A stretch of 64,000 nt of DNA, taken from Camelus dromedarius (taxonomy: Eukaryota). The stretch covers positions 9,424,001 through 9,488,000 of the forward strand of contig NC_087451.1 in NCBI RefSeq assembly GCF_036321535.1, given 5' to 3'. Positions within the stretch are counted from its first letter, which is position 1; each line of letters opens with the position of its first letter. A program made the position numbers and the translations under genes. This document shows, one piece after another, positions 13,311 through 25,048 of this stretch. The notes under the pieces were generated by a model, which saw only the letters and a list, made by a program, of their open reading frames with translations, had not been told where the DNA came from and made no database searches.

Positions 13311-14811
13311 CTTGGGCAACCAGACAGTAGCTAAGAAGTTCATTTTAATGATGCTGTGTGATCTGACAGGTGACACTACCTGTTTAGAGCCTGCTCTTGA
13401 AGAAGTCAGTGATAATCCTGGCCACAAAGAAAGTGGGAGATGCTCTGCACCTGGGTGTAGATGAGGAACCATCCTCAGATCACATCTGCAAGCCAGTGGT
13501 CTTCTGTCTTTTCTCACAGAGAAATATTGTTCAGCCATTTGAGGAAGAAATCTTACGAAGAGCAGCCAATTCTCAAACTCATTTATGCAAACAATATTAA
13601 ATGGGATGCAGGCTAATAATAGTTAAATGTCCGACTCAAAAGTCTGCTGGTGATGTGGTGGTTTCTTTGTTATACAGATTGGGAATCAGTGTTGTTGGGA
13701 GGTGATCTTGGAGTTGGCCAACCTTGGGCGCCTGGGGCAGAGTGCAAGGTTAACACAATTGAGCAGCTCTCAGCGAAGTACTCTCGAGTGCAATTTAAAC
13801 ATAACTGTGTTGTGTCCATTGCTGTGAAGGTGGATCCTGAGTTGTTAAAAAGCCCTGCGTTTTGCTCTTATAGCTTCAAGAGAACAGGGTGTTCTACTGG
13901 CAAAGGCCACTGGATATTTGTCATCAGTGGGTGACAAGTGAAGGGACTAAATTAATCTGTGTTTATATAGTATCTGAGAAATAGGTCACAGGGGCCAGGC
14001 GTCTCATGTTATAGTCCCAGAAGGTGCCTCGTGAGACCCTGAGAAACAGGCATTTTGTTAGAGGTCAGAACTAGTTTTCCTTCCTTCTGTCCCATCATTT
14101 GAGCTGGACTCTGAGGCTTCAACTCTGCTTCCAGGGCCAAAAGGACAGCAGATTGGCTCATAAGAATGCCTAAGGGATACTTAAAATGTGTGAGCCAGTC
14201 CTCAGCACTTTACCAGAGTAGAGCTCTCGTTCATGTCAGCAGGAAGCCTGCCTGCAGGGCAGGGCACCTCAACTGAGTTCCTTCTCTGCTTTGCTGGTTC
14301 TCAGTCTTGCCCTGTGGCTACTTTAAGCATTGATGTCTTGGCATCAGAAAGCAGGGAGACGGTTTGGTTTCTTCCCGTGCTGAGAGCCAGCTCTCCAGAG
14401 CAGCTCACCCTCTCCCTTCGGGACCGCCTTGGAATTCTCTCCGTTTCTAAATGAAGTCCACATGGCCCCACTGTAACGTGTGGCACACGGGTCACTCAGT
14501 AGTGAAGGGGAGCTCAAACATCTTAATTGATCCTCCGGGAGTAACCAAAACCCTGAATTCCCTAACGGAGTAACTGACTCTGCCATCAGGCTGCTGAGAG
14601 TTGAACAACCCTCTATGTTTTCCAAAGCTTCTTCATACACCAGGTTTCCCATGGTCTGGCAAACCTTGCAAGGAAGGCACAGCACATGTAATTAGTCCAT
14701 TTCACAGATGAGAAGACTGACATTCAGACAGTTCAGTTGTGCAGCTGGTGAGTTACAGGACAGGTTCTAACCTCGCAGGCATTGCTTCTTCCCCACGGTG
14801 GCTAATGTTTT

Positions 14812-14960
14812 ACTCTCTCCTCCTCACCCCTCCTCCAGCTTATCTCCCCCCTCTCCATTCCCTCCCCCATCCTTCTCTTCCTCCCCGACTCTCCTCCCTC
14901 CATTCTTCTCTCCTTCCTCTCTCTCAACCTCTTTCTCTCCACCCCTTCCTCAATTCTCTT
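14812..14960. repeat. Polypyrimidine (CT-rich) low-complexity tract
   Basis: About 150 nt of mostly C/T on the + strand. Confidence 0.9.
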
Positions 14961-15436
14961 ATTCCCACAAGGATTTCAGGTAGGACCCTGAACACTCGAG
15001 AATCACGGCACTGACTTCACCATTCATGCAGCGATTTAGACAGGACCTTAGCTCTCAAGGGAAATCTCTTTGTCTCTCTTGGACTCATTTTCTCCATCTA
15101 TGAAATAAGGATGCTGTGTGGAGAATTACAAGATAACAGAATTAAAAGCCAGAAATGCCCAAAGAAATACTGATGTAGGAGATGCAAGCAACCTGTACCT
15201 CTTCAGGTCAAAATGGTGTGTGCCTTGATGTAGAATTTTCACTTTCTCTTCTTCAGAATTGAGAATCGTGTTCAGTTAGAGCACTTGAGCCAAACCTGGG
15301 GCTTTCTCCCCACGCCACCCTGTCTACTTGGGGAGACACGCAAACTAAATGCTCCAAAGGTCCAGGGAAGAGTTGAGTCTATCTGACCCTCTAAACAAAG
15401 ATATTATGTTAGCAATTCAAAACTGAAGCACTCGAA

Positions 15437-15535
15437 GGGGAGGGTGTAGCTCAGCAGTAGAGAGCATGCTTAGCATGCACAAGGTCCTGGGTTCAATCCC
15501 CAGGACCTCCACTAAAAAATAAAATAAAATAAAAA
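15437..15535 (+). mobile_element. tRNA-Ala(AGC)-derived SINE (camelid vic-1-like), short tail
   Basis: GGGGAGGGTGTAGCTCAG...CTTAGCATGCACAAGGTCCTGGGTTCAATCCCCAG...CTCCA head with A/B boxes, followed by an A-rich tail. Confidence 0.9.
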
Positions 15536-17824
15536 GCTAATTAAAAACTACATAAAGAAACTTACTTACGCCCTCCCCCCAGAAGAGCAGAAGTATTCGA
15601 GCTCTTGCTCACAGTCCAGCCTAGGCAGATGGTAGCTAGTCTCATTACCATTGCACCAATGCCTGCTAATGGCCCCTCTCACCTCAATTTCTATTGATTT
15701 GCAGATGTTCGGAGGACTATCTGATATTGAAATTACTCTCTGAACGATGTCTGATCTCATTTCCTCCCCTCCTGTGAAAATTAATGACATGAACACACGC
15801 TTTCACGAGTGCCTGTCTCCCATCTCCAGACTGTGAGCGCTGTGATGCTTGGAGAACGCTGACTCAGTGTGAGGATTTAAAGACCTCCAATCTAATTTAA
15901 AGAGTCAGAGAAAGGTAATAGCTCAAAACCGTGCCCCTCGACTCTTCAAAGCAGTAGTTCTAGTTTGTAAATAAGAGTTTGGATCATTCCACCCTGAGAA
16001 ATGACCACAACCGAGAGAACCCTGTTAAGACTGTAAATGATTCCCTAGGGGCAAAATGTCTGCAAGAGAACATCGCTGGATCATGTCAGGGGTCTGTGTG
16101 TGTTTTAGTCCTGTTCCCATATCTCTTCAGAATAAGTCTAGATGTCCCTTACATTGCTTGTCTGATGTCCCCTCCGTAAGGCTTTCGATGGTGTTTTAAC
16201 TCATTAATTGACCAAACATATAGGATGTTCTACTTTGAATGGATTTACTCATAACATCAGAGGAAGCTCGTATGATTGGACAGTTCCTGCTTAAAGTGAC
16301 CAGTAATATCCAAGGAAGGCAAGTCAGTCCGGGTCAAGACCATGTCAATAGATACAGGCTATCCTAATACATAGAACTGACCTTCTGATGCCCTGAAGTG
16401 TAACAGCCCAAAGCATATTTAAGGACCTAGTTGTACGGTTCCTGATTTTATTCCCGCTAACTTAACCTTGGCTTCATCTAACTGGGCTGACCTGAACACT
16501 GGGCAGCAGCCTATTACAGTGGCCTTGGGTAGCCTTCGCATCTTGCCCAATTTGGCCTGTAGTCCTTTGCTGCAGGGCTTGGAACCTAACAGCAGGGCCA
16601 GCAGATGGCCTGGCCACCCAGTGTGGTACTGCCTCTTCCTGTGAGCCATCCAGAATTTTCCGGGGTTCCTTTGAAACAAGGAAGGAAGGTCTGTGGCTTC
16701 AGACACTTGATCCAGAGGCATCTGTTCAACGTCCCTAGTCCAATCACTTATTTCTCTAAAGTATCTTCTTAGTGCCAGATACTTGCCTTGGAAACTGATT
16801 GACAAATGACGCCAATTTAGCAAAGAACCAGGAGCTAATTAGCTTAAGAGAAGGGTTCTTCATTCGCTAGGCTACATAAAATTCCCTTACAGAGTGTGAC
16901 AAATCCTTTATCTTCTTTAGAGTGCAGGAGAAGCCAATCATGTAGCATCTTAGAATGAGCATGTTGTTGAGAATGCACGTGGCTACATAGTGGGCATCAT
17001 TTGTGCCTCCCTGGTGTTCCTTTTCATCACTGTCATGGAAAACATGGTGCCTTCCAAAGAGACAGAGGCTGAGTCAGATTCCTGCTAAAACAAAGTCACA
17101 CTTGGTTTCCTGAGGAGGACAGCTGAACTGACTCAGAGGCTGAGGATGTAACCATCGCGGGAGGAAAAACAAACCAAGTTTCAATACTCTTGATCCTGTA
17201 CCCTTGTAGGGCTGACTTCCAGGGAGCAGAGGTGATGTGATCAAAAGTAGCATGGAGTCTCATCTTCATAGAGTGTGAGCATGCTTGGGGGAAACAGAAT
17301 TGCTCTACCAGAACATTCCAAGTCCGAAAGGAGACCTCTTTGGGACATGGAGCGTCCACTCTCTGCGTCTGCAGTGGGTCTCCAAGTGGCCTTAGGAGGA
17401 CAAGGGTGCAGACATCAGTATGTGTTGCTCATTTTCTCCAGAACTTTCTTTTCTCTGTCCCCAACTGAGACAATTTCTCTATTAGCATCTGTAACCACTT
17501 CTAGTTAACGTCCACATTCCCTTAAGCAACTGGAAAGCAAACCAAATAAATGTAGAATCTCTAAGCAGAGCAGAGTTTGATTTAAAAATGAAAGAAACCA
17601 AAACACTGCCATCTCACCTAGCTAACCTTAGCGTGTTAGAAAAGACCACAGGATGGAGGCAGACTGCCTGGGCTGCTGAGTCAACGGTAGGAAAGAGCTT
17701 CTCATGCTCAGAAGGCAACCAACAGCCCTATTAAATAAAGCCTTGCTTTTCTCACCTACCCCCTCTTAACTATGATGTCCCTACAGCAGGAGAGGAATAA
17801 CTGTCTCCAGTGAAGCACCGCTCC

Positions 17825-18140
17825 TACATTCATTCATTCATTCTTTTGTTCTGATGACAAACATTTATTCTGCACCCACTTACATTCCAGTGGTTTTCAA
17901 TTTCACACATCCATCCATTCATTCAGAAATTACTTACTGTTGAACCCCTATTTATGGGCCAAGTACTGTCTTTGGTACTAAATGTATGAGACGCAGTTCA
18001 GAACATGAAAAATGGATCATCTGGTTAGTAATTCACACTCTGTTCACTCATCTAGTCATTCACCCACTCACTCATTCCATTGATGGATATCTGCTGAAGC
18101 CCTACTGTTTGCCAGGTACTGTGTGAGGCACCAGGACAGA
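17825..18140 (-). mobile_element. L2 3' tail fragments
   Basis: cattcattcattc...acatttattctgcaccc and ctactgtttgccaggtactgtgtgaggcac. Confidence 0.6.
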
Positions 18141-19151
18141 CATCCTCCTCTTCTCTGCCTTCTTTTTAATTCATTGTAGCATGCATATACCACCACCAGC
18201 ACTGCTAAGCACAGAAGCAAAACCAAACCCAACAATTTGGGGGCTGTTACATGTGCATATTTGTGTGTGCGGTTATTTTAGGGGGAGAGGAGAGTGGGCT
18301 TCAGGTGGGAGGGCCGCGGTATTGAGTTAGACAGGGTTGCTGCAAGGAGACATTGGTTCCATTCAGGGTGGGATCTGAGAAGGCAGATAACAGATTCAGT
18401 TCAGCACAAAGTGAACCTTTGTGCCATAATCGCAACGGGTTAAGCTGCCTCAGAAAGTGGCGAGCTTCCCACCCCAAGATGTGGTCAGAGGTCAGGTGAC
18501 GATCTGCCAAGGACAGCCCAGCAGGGATGCTGCTGCCTGGAGACTCCTGATCCCTGATCTAGAGTCACTTTCAACTTTGAGACTTCCTTACCTCAACAAT
18601 CTCCCTGGCACATTCTAAGTGTTCAATAAATACTTGTCAGATGAATGATTAAATAAACGTTAAGCCATTTGTTGGACCTTGAGGTCCTTGAGAGTCAGAG
18701 CTGGGCTGGCTTCATTCCTTATAGTCCTGGGGCCTCCAGCCCTCTCTAGGGCTCCCGGGAACAGTCTGAAGGCCTTTGTACTGGAGGCTACCCAAGCTCC
18801 CGTTTTAACATTCTAGGCAGAAACGTCTTCTCCTTGTGGTTTAGCCACCTGGCAGATTCTCTCGGCAAGGAGAGCATCCTTTATAGGCCGACTCAGTCAT
18901 CTTTTCCTTAAACTCCAGGCTTTGTTTTCTTCCCAGTTAGCAAGTTGCAGCTCCTCCTCCCCCACCATGAGACCTTATGTGCTCAGGGAACAAAAATTGG
19001 TTTTGCTATCAGCTAGAGAGACAAAATAGAAACTTAAGAACGCCTTCCCAAAGCAAACAGTAGAAGTGGCTTCTGCGTTAGCTCTCTTTGGGGTTATCTG
19101 TGGCTGTGTCCCTCCCTCCGGTAGCGCCCGTAATCAGAAAGAGGATACATA

Positions 19152-19165
19152 GTTGCCATGGAAAC
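19152..19165. promoter_or_regulatory. RFX X-box
   Basis: GTTGCCATGGAAAC exactly matches the canonical 14-bp X-box. It lies in non-repeat sequence with a forkhead-type GCAAACA at 19053-19059. Confidence 0.6.
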
Positions 19166-19808
19166 TGAGTGATTGAGCTATAGCCCTGTGGGCCTGACAC
19201 CGCTGCCTGAAGAGAGGCAAGAGGCGGGGGAAGTCAGAGCCGTCCTCAAGATTCTTGGGCCAGAGGCCACACCATAATTCAGGTCATTGCACTTTGCCAA
19301 GGAAGCTTATCAAAGAAGAAAACAGACTGACATTTTCCGGCCCTCTGGTTTGCTCTTAGGATTCATGGTTGGTAGTTAGCCTGGCTTCTCCATCCGGGGA
19401 GAGACAGTAGAAGTTTAAGAATTTCATTCTTTGATAGCACAGAATATGTGGCCTGGTCCAGCATTGTGGATGCTGGTTCACTTCAGCAAAACAGCTCAAG
19501 ACACAAGGAATTATTTCACACTGGAGCAAGGACTTGACCTGCTTGTCCATGGGCTGTGTCATTCAGGGACAGCCCAAGTCTGGCAGAAATAGCTGAAATT
19601 TTCTGCTACAGAACTGAACCCGTTAATTTAGCTGAAAATATGACAGAGTGAACAGTGATTCTAAATGCCCTTGACTCCAGTATGCCAAGAAACTTCCGGA
19701 AGCAATGTACACAGGACAAGTCCTGAGCTTCCAGGGGGCTGGGAACATGTCACAGGGCATTTTGATGGGCAACTCTGAGAAGCAATCACACTTTGAGCAA
19801 GGGAGCAT

Positions 19809-19854
19809 GATCTCTCCAGCAGCAGGAGGAAGATCTCTCCAGCAGCAGGAGGAA
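19809..19854. repeat. Exact 23-bp tandem duplication
   Basis: (gatctctccagcagcaggaggaa)x2. Confidence 0.95.
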
Positions 19855-20256
19855 TGTCCAGTTCCTAGGACAGCTATAGAAAATGACTAAGCTTGTTTGC
19901 AAACACCTCGAAAATCACATCAAGCAACAAAGGAGGCCATATCTTTTCTTGTTATTGACCTGGAGAAGATGATGGGAAACCACCGGCCTTCCCCGGCTGG
20001 TTTCTGTTAATGACCACCCCTGGGACTTCAAGTGTCACGGCTGTTCCTTTGGAAACCCCTGTGTCATGGTACGGAGGACTGAAGTGGGCCCCATTCTCCA
20101 GGTGAGCATCCTCTCTGGTTAAATACACCAGTCCGTCATTTCAGCAGAAAGACGACATGGTGTGGAATTTAAGAAAGAAAGGCAATTTCCTTTGAAATAT
20201 CGAGGCAGATGCTCCTTTCCTGTAGAGTAAAGCTTTCGGCAGTTCCTCTACTCACC

Positions 20257-20580
20257 TACTCTCAGAGGCGCTCCCCAGACCCACAGAATCAGCATCACCT
20301 GGAAAATGGTTAGAAAAGCAGATTCTTGTGAAAAAGAGTGTGTGTATATATGTGTGTATGTATATATATATATTATACACACCAGAATCACTTTGCTGTA
20401 CACCTGAAACTAACACAAAATTGTAGATCAGCTCTACTTCAATTTAAAAAAAAAGAAAAGCAGATTCTCTGATTCTACCAGACTTCCTGAATCAGAAACT
20501 CTGAGGCTGGGGCCCAGCAGCCTGTGGTTTAACCAACCCTCCAGGTGACTCCAATGGACGCTAATGTTTGAGAACCATTA
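20257..20580. mobile_element. MER5A interrupted by an L1 tail
   Basis: ccccagacc...atcagcatcacctgg...gttagaaaagcagattct [insert] ...tgaatcagaaactctg...gtttgagaacca. Confidence 0.82.
20327..20453 (+). mobile_element. Ultra-short artiodactyl L1 3' end inserted into MER5A
   Basis: gaatcactttgctgtacacctgaaactaacac...cttcaattt plus A tail. Perfect 15-bp TSD agaaaagcagattct (20312-26 / 20454-68). Confidence 0.88.
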
Positions 20581-21034
20581 CATATTTACGTAACTAAGTA
20601 TATACAGTACTAATTATATATGTGTGTGTATATACTTAGCACTGCTATATATATATATACATGCATATAATCATACACACACACACACATATATATCAGT
20701 ACTAAATTTATGGGTTTTTTTAAACTTCAGGGTTTTTTGACAGGATAGTAACTTTTATTGAAACCTCGGGCTAATTGATGTGATAAATCTGAGTCCCTTT
20801 GAAGACCATCTCCACGTGCTTCCTGTGGTCTGAGTACCGCAGACGGGAAGCCAATAACCCAGGAAATCAGGCGGCTTTCTCTTGGCTGGTTTAAAATAGG
20901 CTATTAGGAATCTGCTCTACCATTTAAGAGTCTCTAAAACAGTGAAGTGCTTGGCCTTCTTTGGCATTTAGATAAATCTGATGAACAGAAAATTAAACAA
21001 ATGTTAGATGTCTTCTTAAAAGACGCTGATTAGA

Positions 21035-21250
21035 ATATTGGTAAAGAACATGGGCTTTGGAGTCAGAGGGATTTGGGGCTAAGTCTGCCCCCATCACTTG
21101 CCAGCTGAGTGAAACTGGGCACGTGGTTTAACCTCTCCGGTCCTCCGTTTATTTCTCCACCTGTAAAATGGGAAGAGTGCTTGCGCTGCGCTGTCAGGGC
21201 TACTGTGGCATCCTTGATAAACAACATCATTCAAGCAACGTTTGGGCTCA
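21035..21250 (+). mobile_element. MIR
   Basis: ggtaaagaacatgggctttggagtcaga...ctgccccatcacttgccagctg...acctgtaaaatggg. Confidence 0.75.
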
Positions 21251-22336
21251 TTGCTCCTGTGATTTTACTGGGTTTGCACACAGTGAGTGGTACCGAAGTG
21301 TCCAGAGAATCCTCACTGTAAAATGTGGCTTCATTGGATCTCTGTGGAACTCTTCTTCGGGGACGGTGTGAGTGGAAGAACAAGAAGGAGAGCCCTAGAA
21401 GTCTGTGAGGGGAGAGGTAAGGCGTGAGAAGCAAGGCAGGAGCGTGGGGTGAGGGGAGTTTGTTGGTCGGGTGGAGGCGGCTGTGTATCTTTGGCCTCTG
21501 AGGCTCTGCGGTGGCCACAGTTTTCCTTTCTCATTGTCAGTGGCGTCTGGGCAGAGAGGAGCTTCGGGGCCAGACCTCTGAGGCTGTGTGTGGTGAGCCT
21601 GCGGGGGCTGGCAGTCGCTAAGGGCGGAAACCGCTGTTTGGGAGCTGCTTGGCTGTTTAACTGTTTCTGATGCTCATTGCTGAGGATGAGAAAGAGGCAG
21701 GAGGGCCCAGAGCCTTCCACACGGTGCTTCTGTTCGTGGTCAGAGGCTGCTTCCCACGAGCGCCGAAGGTTTCTTTGGAACCATAAGCTTATCAAGCGGC
21801 TTCTGGAACAAGATTTGTAGCTGGCTACATGTCATAACATCAGTCTCTGAGTCTCGTCTGGATTCTCTCTACGTATTTCAAAAGAACCATTTGGCCCATT
21901 TCAGAAGTCAGGGATAACTGCCTTGTGGGAGTTACAAGGTCCTTGCTGCGCAGCTGAAATGATTGACTCAGAACCATTCCTGTGAGGCGGGGGGAAGGGG
22001 TGGGGGTGGGGCAGGGGGAAGTGGGGAGGGGCCAGGGGAACATTATGATCCTGTAAAATGCAAGGTAACCATAAGAGTGTAAATGTTACCGTTTATCTCA
22101 GGGCTTCTGTCTTAAGGCTTGAAGTTCGTCTTAGGGTTGTTTTCTTAAAGAACATTAATTTCTATTTAATGAGCAGTATTTCTATTTTCCTATTTAATGA
22201 GCACAGAAAAACAACAGTAGGGGCCTGGTTAAGAAATCATGTAATGACATGTTATGTGGCCATGAGAAAAGATATTTTGAAATAATTTTAATGCTGTTGA
22301 TGCAACATGAAGTGAAAAATAGCAGGAATGGAAGAA

Positions 22337-22513
22337 CAGTGGCTCTCAGGGCGGGGTCCCTGGACCAGCAGCAGCGCCTGTAAACTTGATGGACATGCAC
22401 ATTCCCAAGCTCCACCCACACCTGCTGAATCAGAGACTCAGGGACTGAACCCACACAAGGTGTGTTTTCATAGCCAGGTGCAGCTGATGTGTGTTAACAT
22501 TCAAGAACCACCG
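22337..22513. mobile_element. MER5A-like MITE
   Basis: cagtggctctcag...ggtccctggaccagcagc...ctgaatcagagactc...caagaaccaccg. Confidence 0.75.
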
Positions 22514-22529
22514 ATACAGAGCATGGATC

Positions 22530-22710
22530 AATGGGAATATGTAAAATATATGCATATAGAAGAAAACACACCAAAAGATGAAGTGGTTCTGTCTGTGATA
22601 GGATTGTGGATGATTTTTGCTTTTCCCTATTTATCTTTCATGATTTTTATATATGCTGCTTTTTTCTAAAGTGAGCATATCTAGCTTTCATATTCAGAGA
22701 AAAAAGTAGG
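22530..22710 (+). mobile_element. L1ME-type 3' end
   Basis: caccaaaagatgaagtggtt...gggattgtggatgatttt...ttttctaaagtgagcatat. Confidence 0.55.
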
Positions 22711-23749
22711 AGTAACGTCAGATATTTGTCACACGTGTGTCATGTCAACTCATACCGTATTAACATTTTCTTGAAGACTTAACTATTTACACTCCTTCAG
22801 ATTCTTGATTTCTAATTCTTAAGAGTTAAATCTCCTTATATTTTCCTTGATAAATTTTCTCAGCCCTGCTGCTTTTTTACTGACTTTCCCACCTTCAAGT
22901 CTTGAAGTCCCTGCTATTAATAATAAATAGCATTTTGTAGACAGTCAAAAGTCTGTATGCTTGGTTTGTCATAAGCCAGCAAATAGTTGAGTTTTTTTAA
23001 GCATGATATTTCCTTTTGTACATATTTAGAGGTTAATATATTTTCATGCATTAGTAACAATTTTTAGCTTCTGCATATATTTTCATGCACAATTTACATT
23101 TTGTTTGGATTTTTTTTTTTTTTACTACATCAGCTCAAAGCATTTTTAACAACTTGACCCTTCTCATTTCAAGGGTTTATTTACAAAGTAAGCACATATT
23201 GTGGATTTGCACTTATACAAGGGGTTTAAGTTCTAAAAATCAGCAAATAAGGTAAATATCACATATGGTCAAAATTACTCCATCTCAGTAATAGACTGCC
23301 ATTTCTGCAGTCCTGGAACAGACTCTGCCTGGGTACTAGCAAACATGATCAGCAGCCACGTGATGCAAAAATATACTCCTTTCCTCTCTAGAATCGCTCA
23401 ACACTGCCAGGTTCTCACATCAAGTGAGGTTCTCAGAGTCGGAACCAAATGAGAAAATAGCGAGACTGCTCCTCTGATCTTAGACTCATTTTCTAGGAAA
23501 TGGCAGATTAAATTGCCTGAGCCATTTAAATTATTTTGGAGAGTTTGTTTTCTTTTGTTTTGGCTGATGATGCATAATTGTGTTTGCCTGAGCACAGGGT
23601 GCATTCAGTGCGATTTCCCTGCAGCTTTCCCTGCATTTCTGCAGTACCTCCTGTTGTGCCCTAGGTTTCCTCCTCTCATCCCCGTCTCGGATGATCTCCA
23701 GGCAGAAATGACTCTGACCTCTCCCCTGGTATTCAGATCTTACTCATTT

Positions 23750-23910
23750 GTATAGCACAGGGACCTAGATTCAGTATCTTGTAACAACCTATATTGAAAA
23801 AGAATATGCAGAGGAATATATATATATATAAAATGAATTACTGTGCTGTACACCAGAAACTAACACAACATTGTAAATCAACTATACTTCAATTAAACAA
23901 AATTTTAAAA
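23750..23910 (+). mobile_element. Short artiodactyl L1 3' end
   Basis: gtatagcacagggac...gaaaaagaatat...gctgtacaccagaaactaacacaacattgtaaatcaactatacttcaatt. Confidence 0.85.
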
Positions 23911-24074
23911 ATGAATCTTTTGCAAAAACGTCCTTCTACATAAAGCCTTCATCGTCTCAGTAGAAAGTAATCCCTCCATGATCCAAACATCTCAGGACGT
24001 TTATCACTCTTTACTATATTTGCACTGGAGCATGTGGCTTGCCCAGGAGACTCTTGGGTTCTTGAAGGTAGTAG

Positions 24075-24300
24075 CCAAGTGTCTTTAATACCAATGCTGG
24101 CTTTGAATCCTAGGTCTTCCCTTTCTAGCCAATCTTAGGTAAAGTGCTAAATTCCTCTGTGCCTCCTTCTTCCTCTGTAAAATGGGGATAGTCTTGGTAT
24201 CAATTTCTGAAAGTTCAAGTGGTCATTAAATGAGATACTAAATGGTAACACGTTAGCACAATATTGAGCGCATAGTAAACCCCAATTCATGTTAGCTACT
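24075..24300 (+). mobile_element. MIR
   Basis: tgaatcctagg...cttaggtaaagtgctaaattcctctgtgcctc...ctgtaaaatggggata...gcgcatagtaaac. Confidence 0.75.
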
Positions 24301-24347
24301 TTTATTTCCATTCTCCCTGATGATGCCTGTAGTACATTTTTGCTCCA

Positions 24348-24502
24348 GGGGGAGGGTATAGCTCAAATGGTAGAGCGCATGCTTAGCATGCACAAGGTCC
24401 TGGGTTCAATCCCAGTACCTCCATCAAATAAATAAATAAGTGAACCTAATTACCCCCCTCAAAATACCCTAAAACAAATAAAAATTAAAAACAAAATAAA
24501 AC
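24348..24502 (+). mobile_element. tRNA-Ala-derived SINE with TSD
   Basis: Same head plus an AATAAA/ACCTAATTACCCCCC tail. 15-bp TSD tacatttttgctcca (24333-47) / tacacttttgctcca (24503-17). Confidence 0.92.
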
Positions 24503-25048
24503 TACACTTTTGCTCCATAAGCATTTCTTTATTGAATGTATGAATGAATGAATACTACAGTTAAGCTCACACACACCCGTCTGATGGGGAGTTTATACTT
24601 GCCATTTGTGTGTGAATCCATCACAGAACTTAATGAATCAAAGATTCTCTTGTGTGCTCAAAGCAGGTGTCGGGTGCATATGGGTAAATCCTCTCTCTTG
24701 AGAAAGCTGCCCCCAACTGTTTAGCTTCGACCTCACTGAGCTGTGTGTCTTCATCCATGAAATGGGAATTAGAACGCTGGTCTGTGATTTCTGCCTGAAT
24801 ATGAGGAGAACCTGAGGAGGACTAGGCTTTTGGAGAGTTTTATAAACAGTGACTGTTTGGGGTAATTTGAAGTATCAGAGCATGAGTGTGTAAATCAGCA
24901 TATTTCAGTTAGAGCTTCCAGTCGCCTGGGATTCTATAGATGTCACTCAGTGAGGGCACAGGGCAAAACCAGCTGCTTTTTGGGTTTGTCAAGCATCTCA
25001 AGTTATTTCTCAGGAGTTGGGGTTTGGCAAAGCCCGAAACCCACATTG

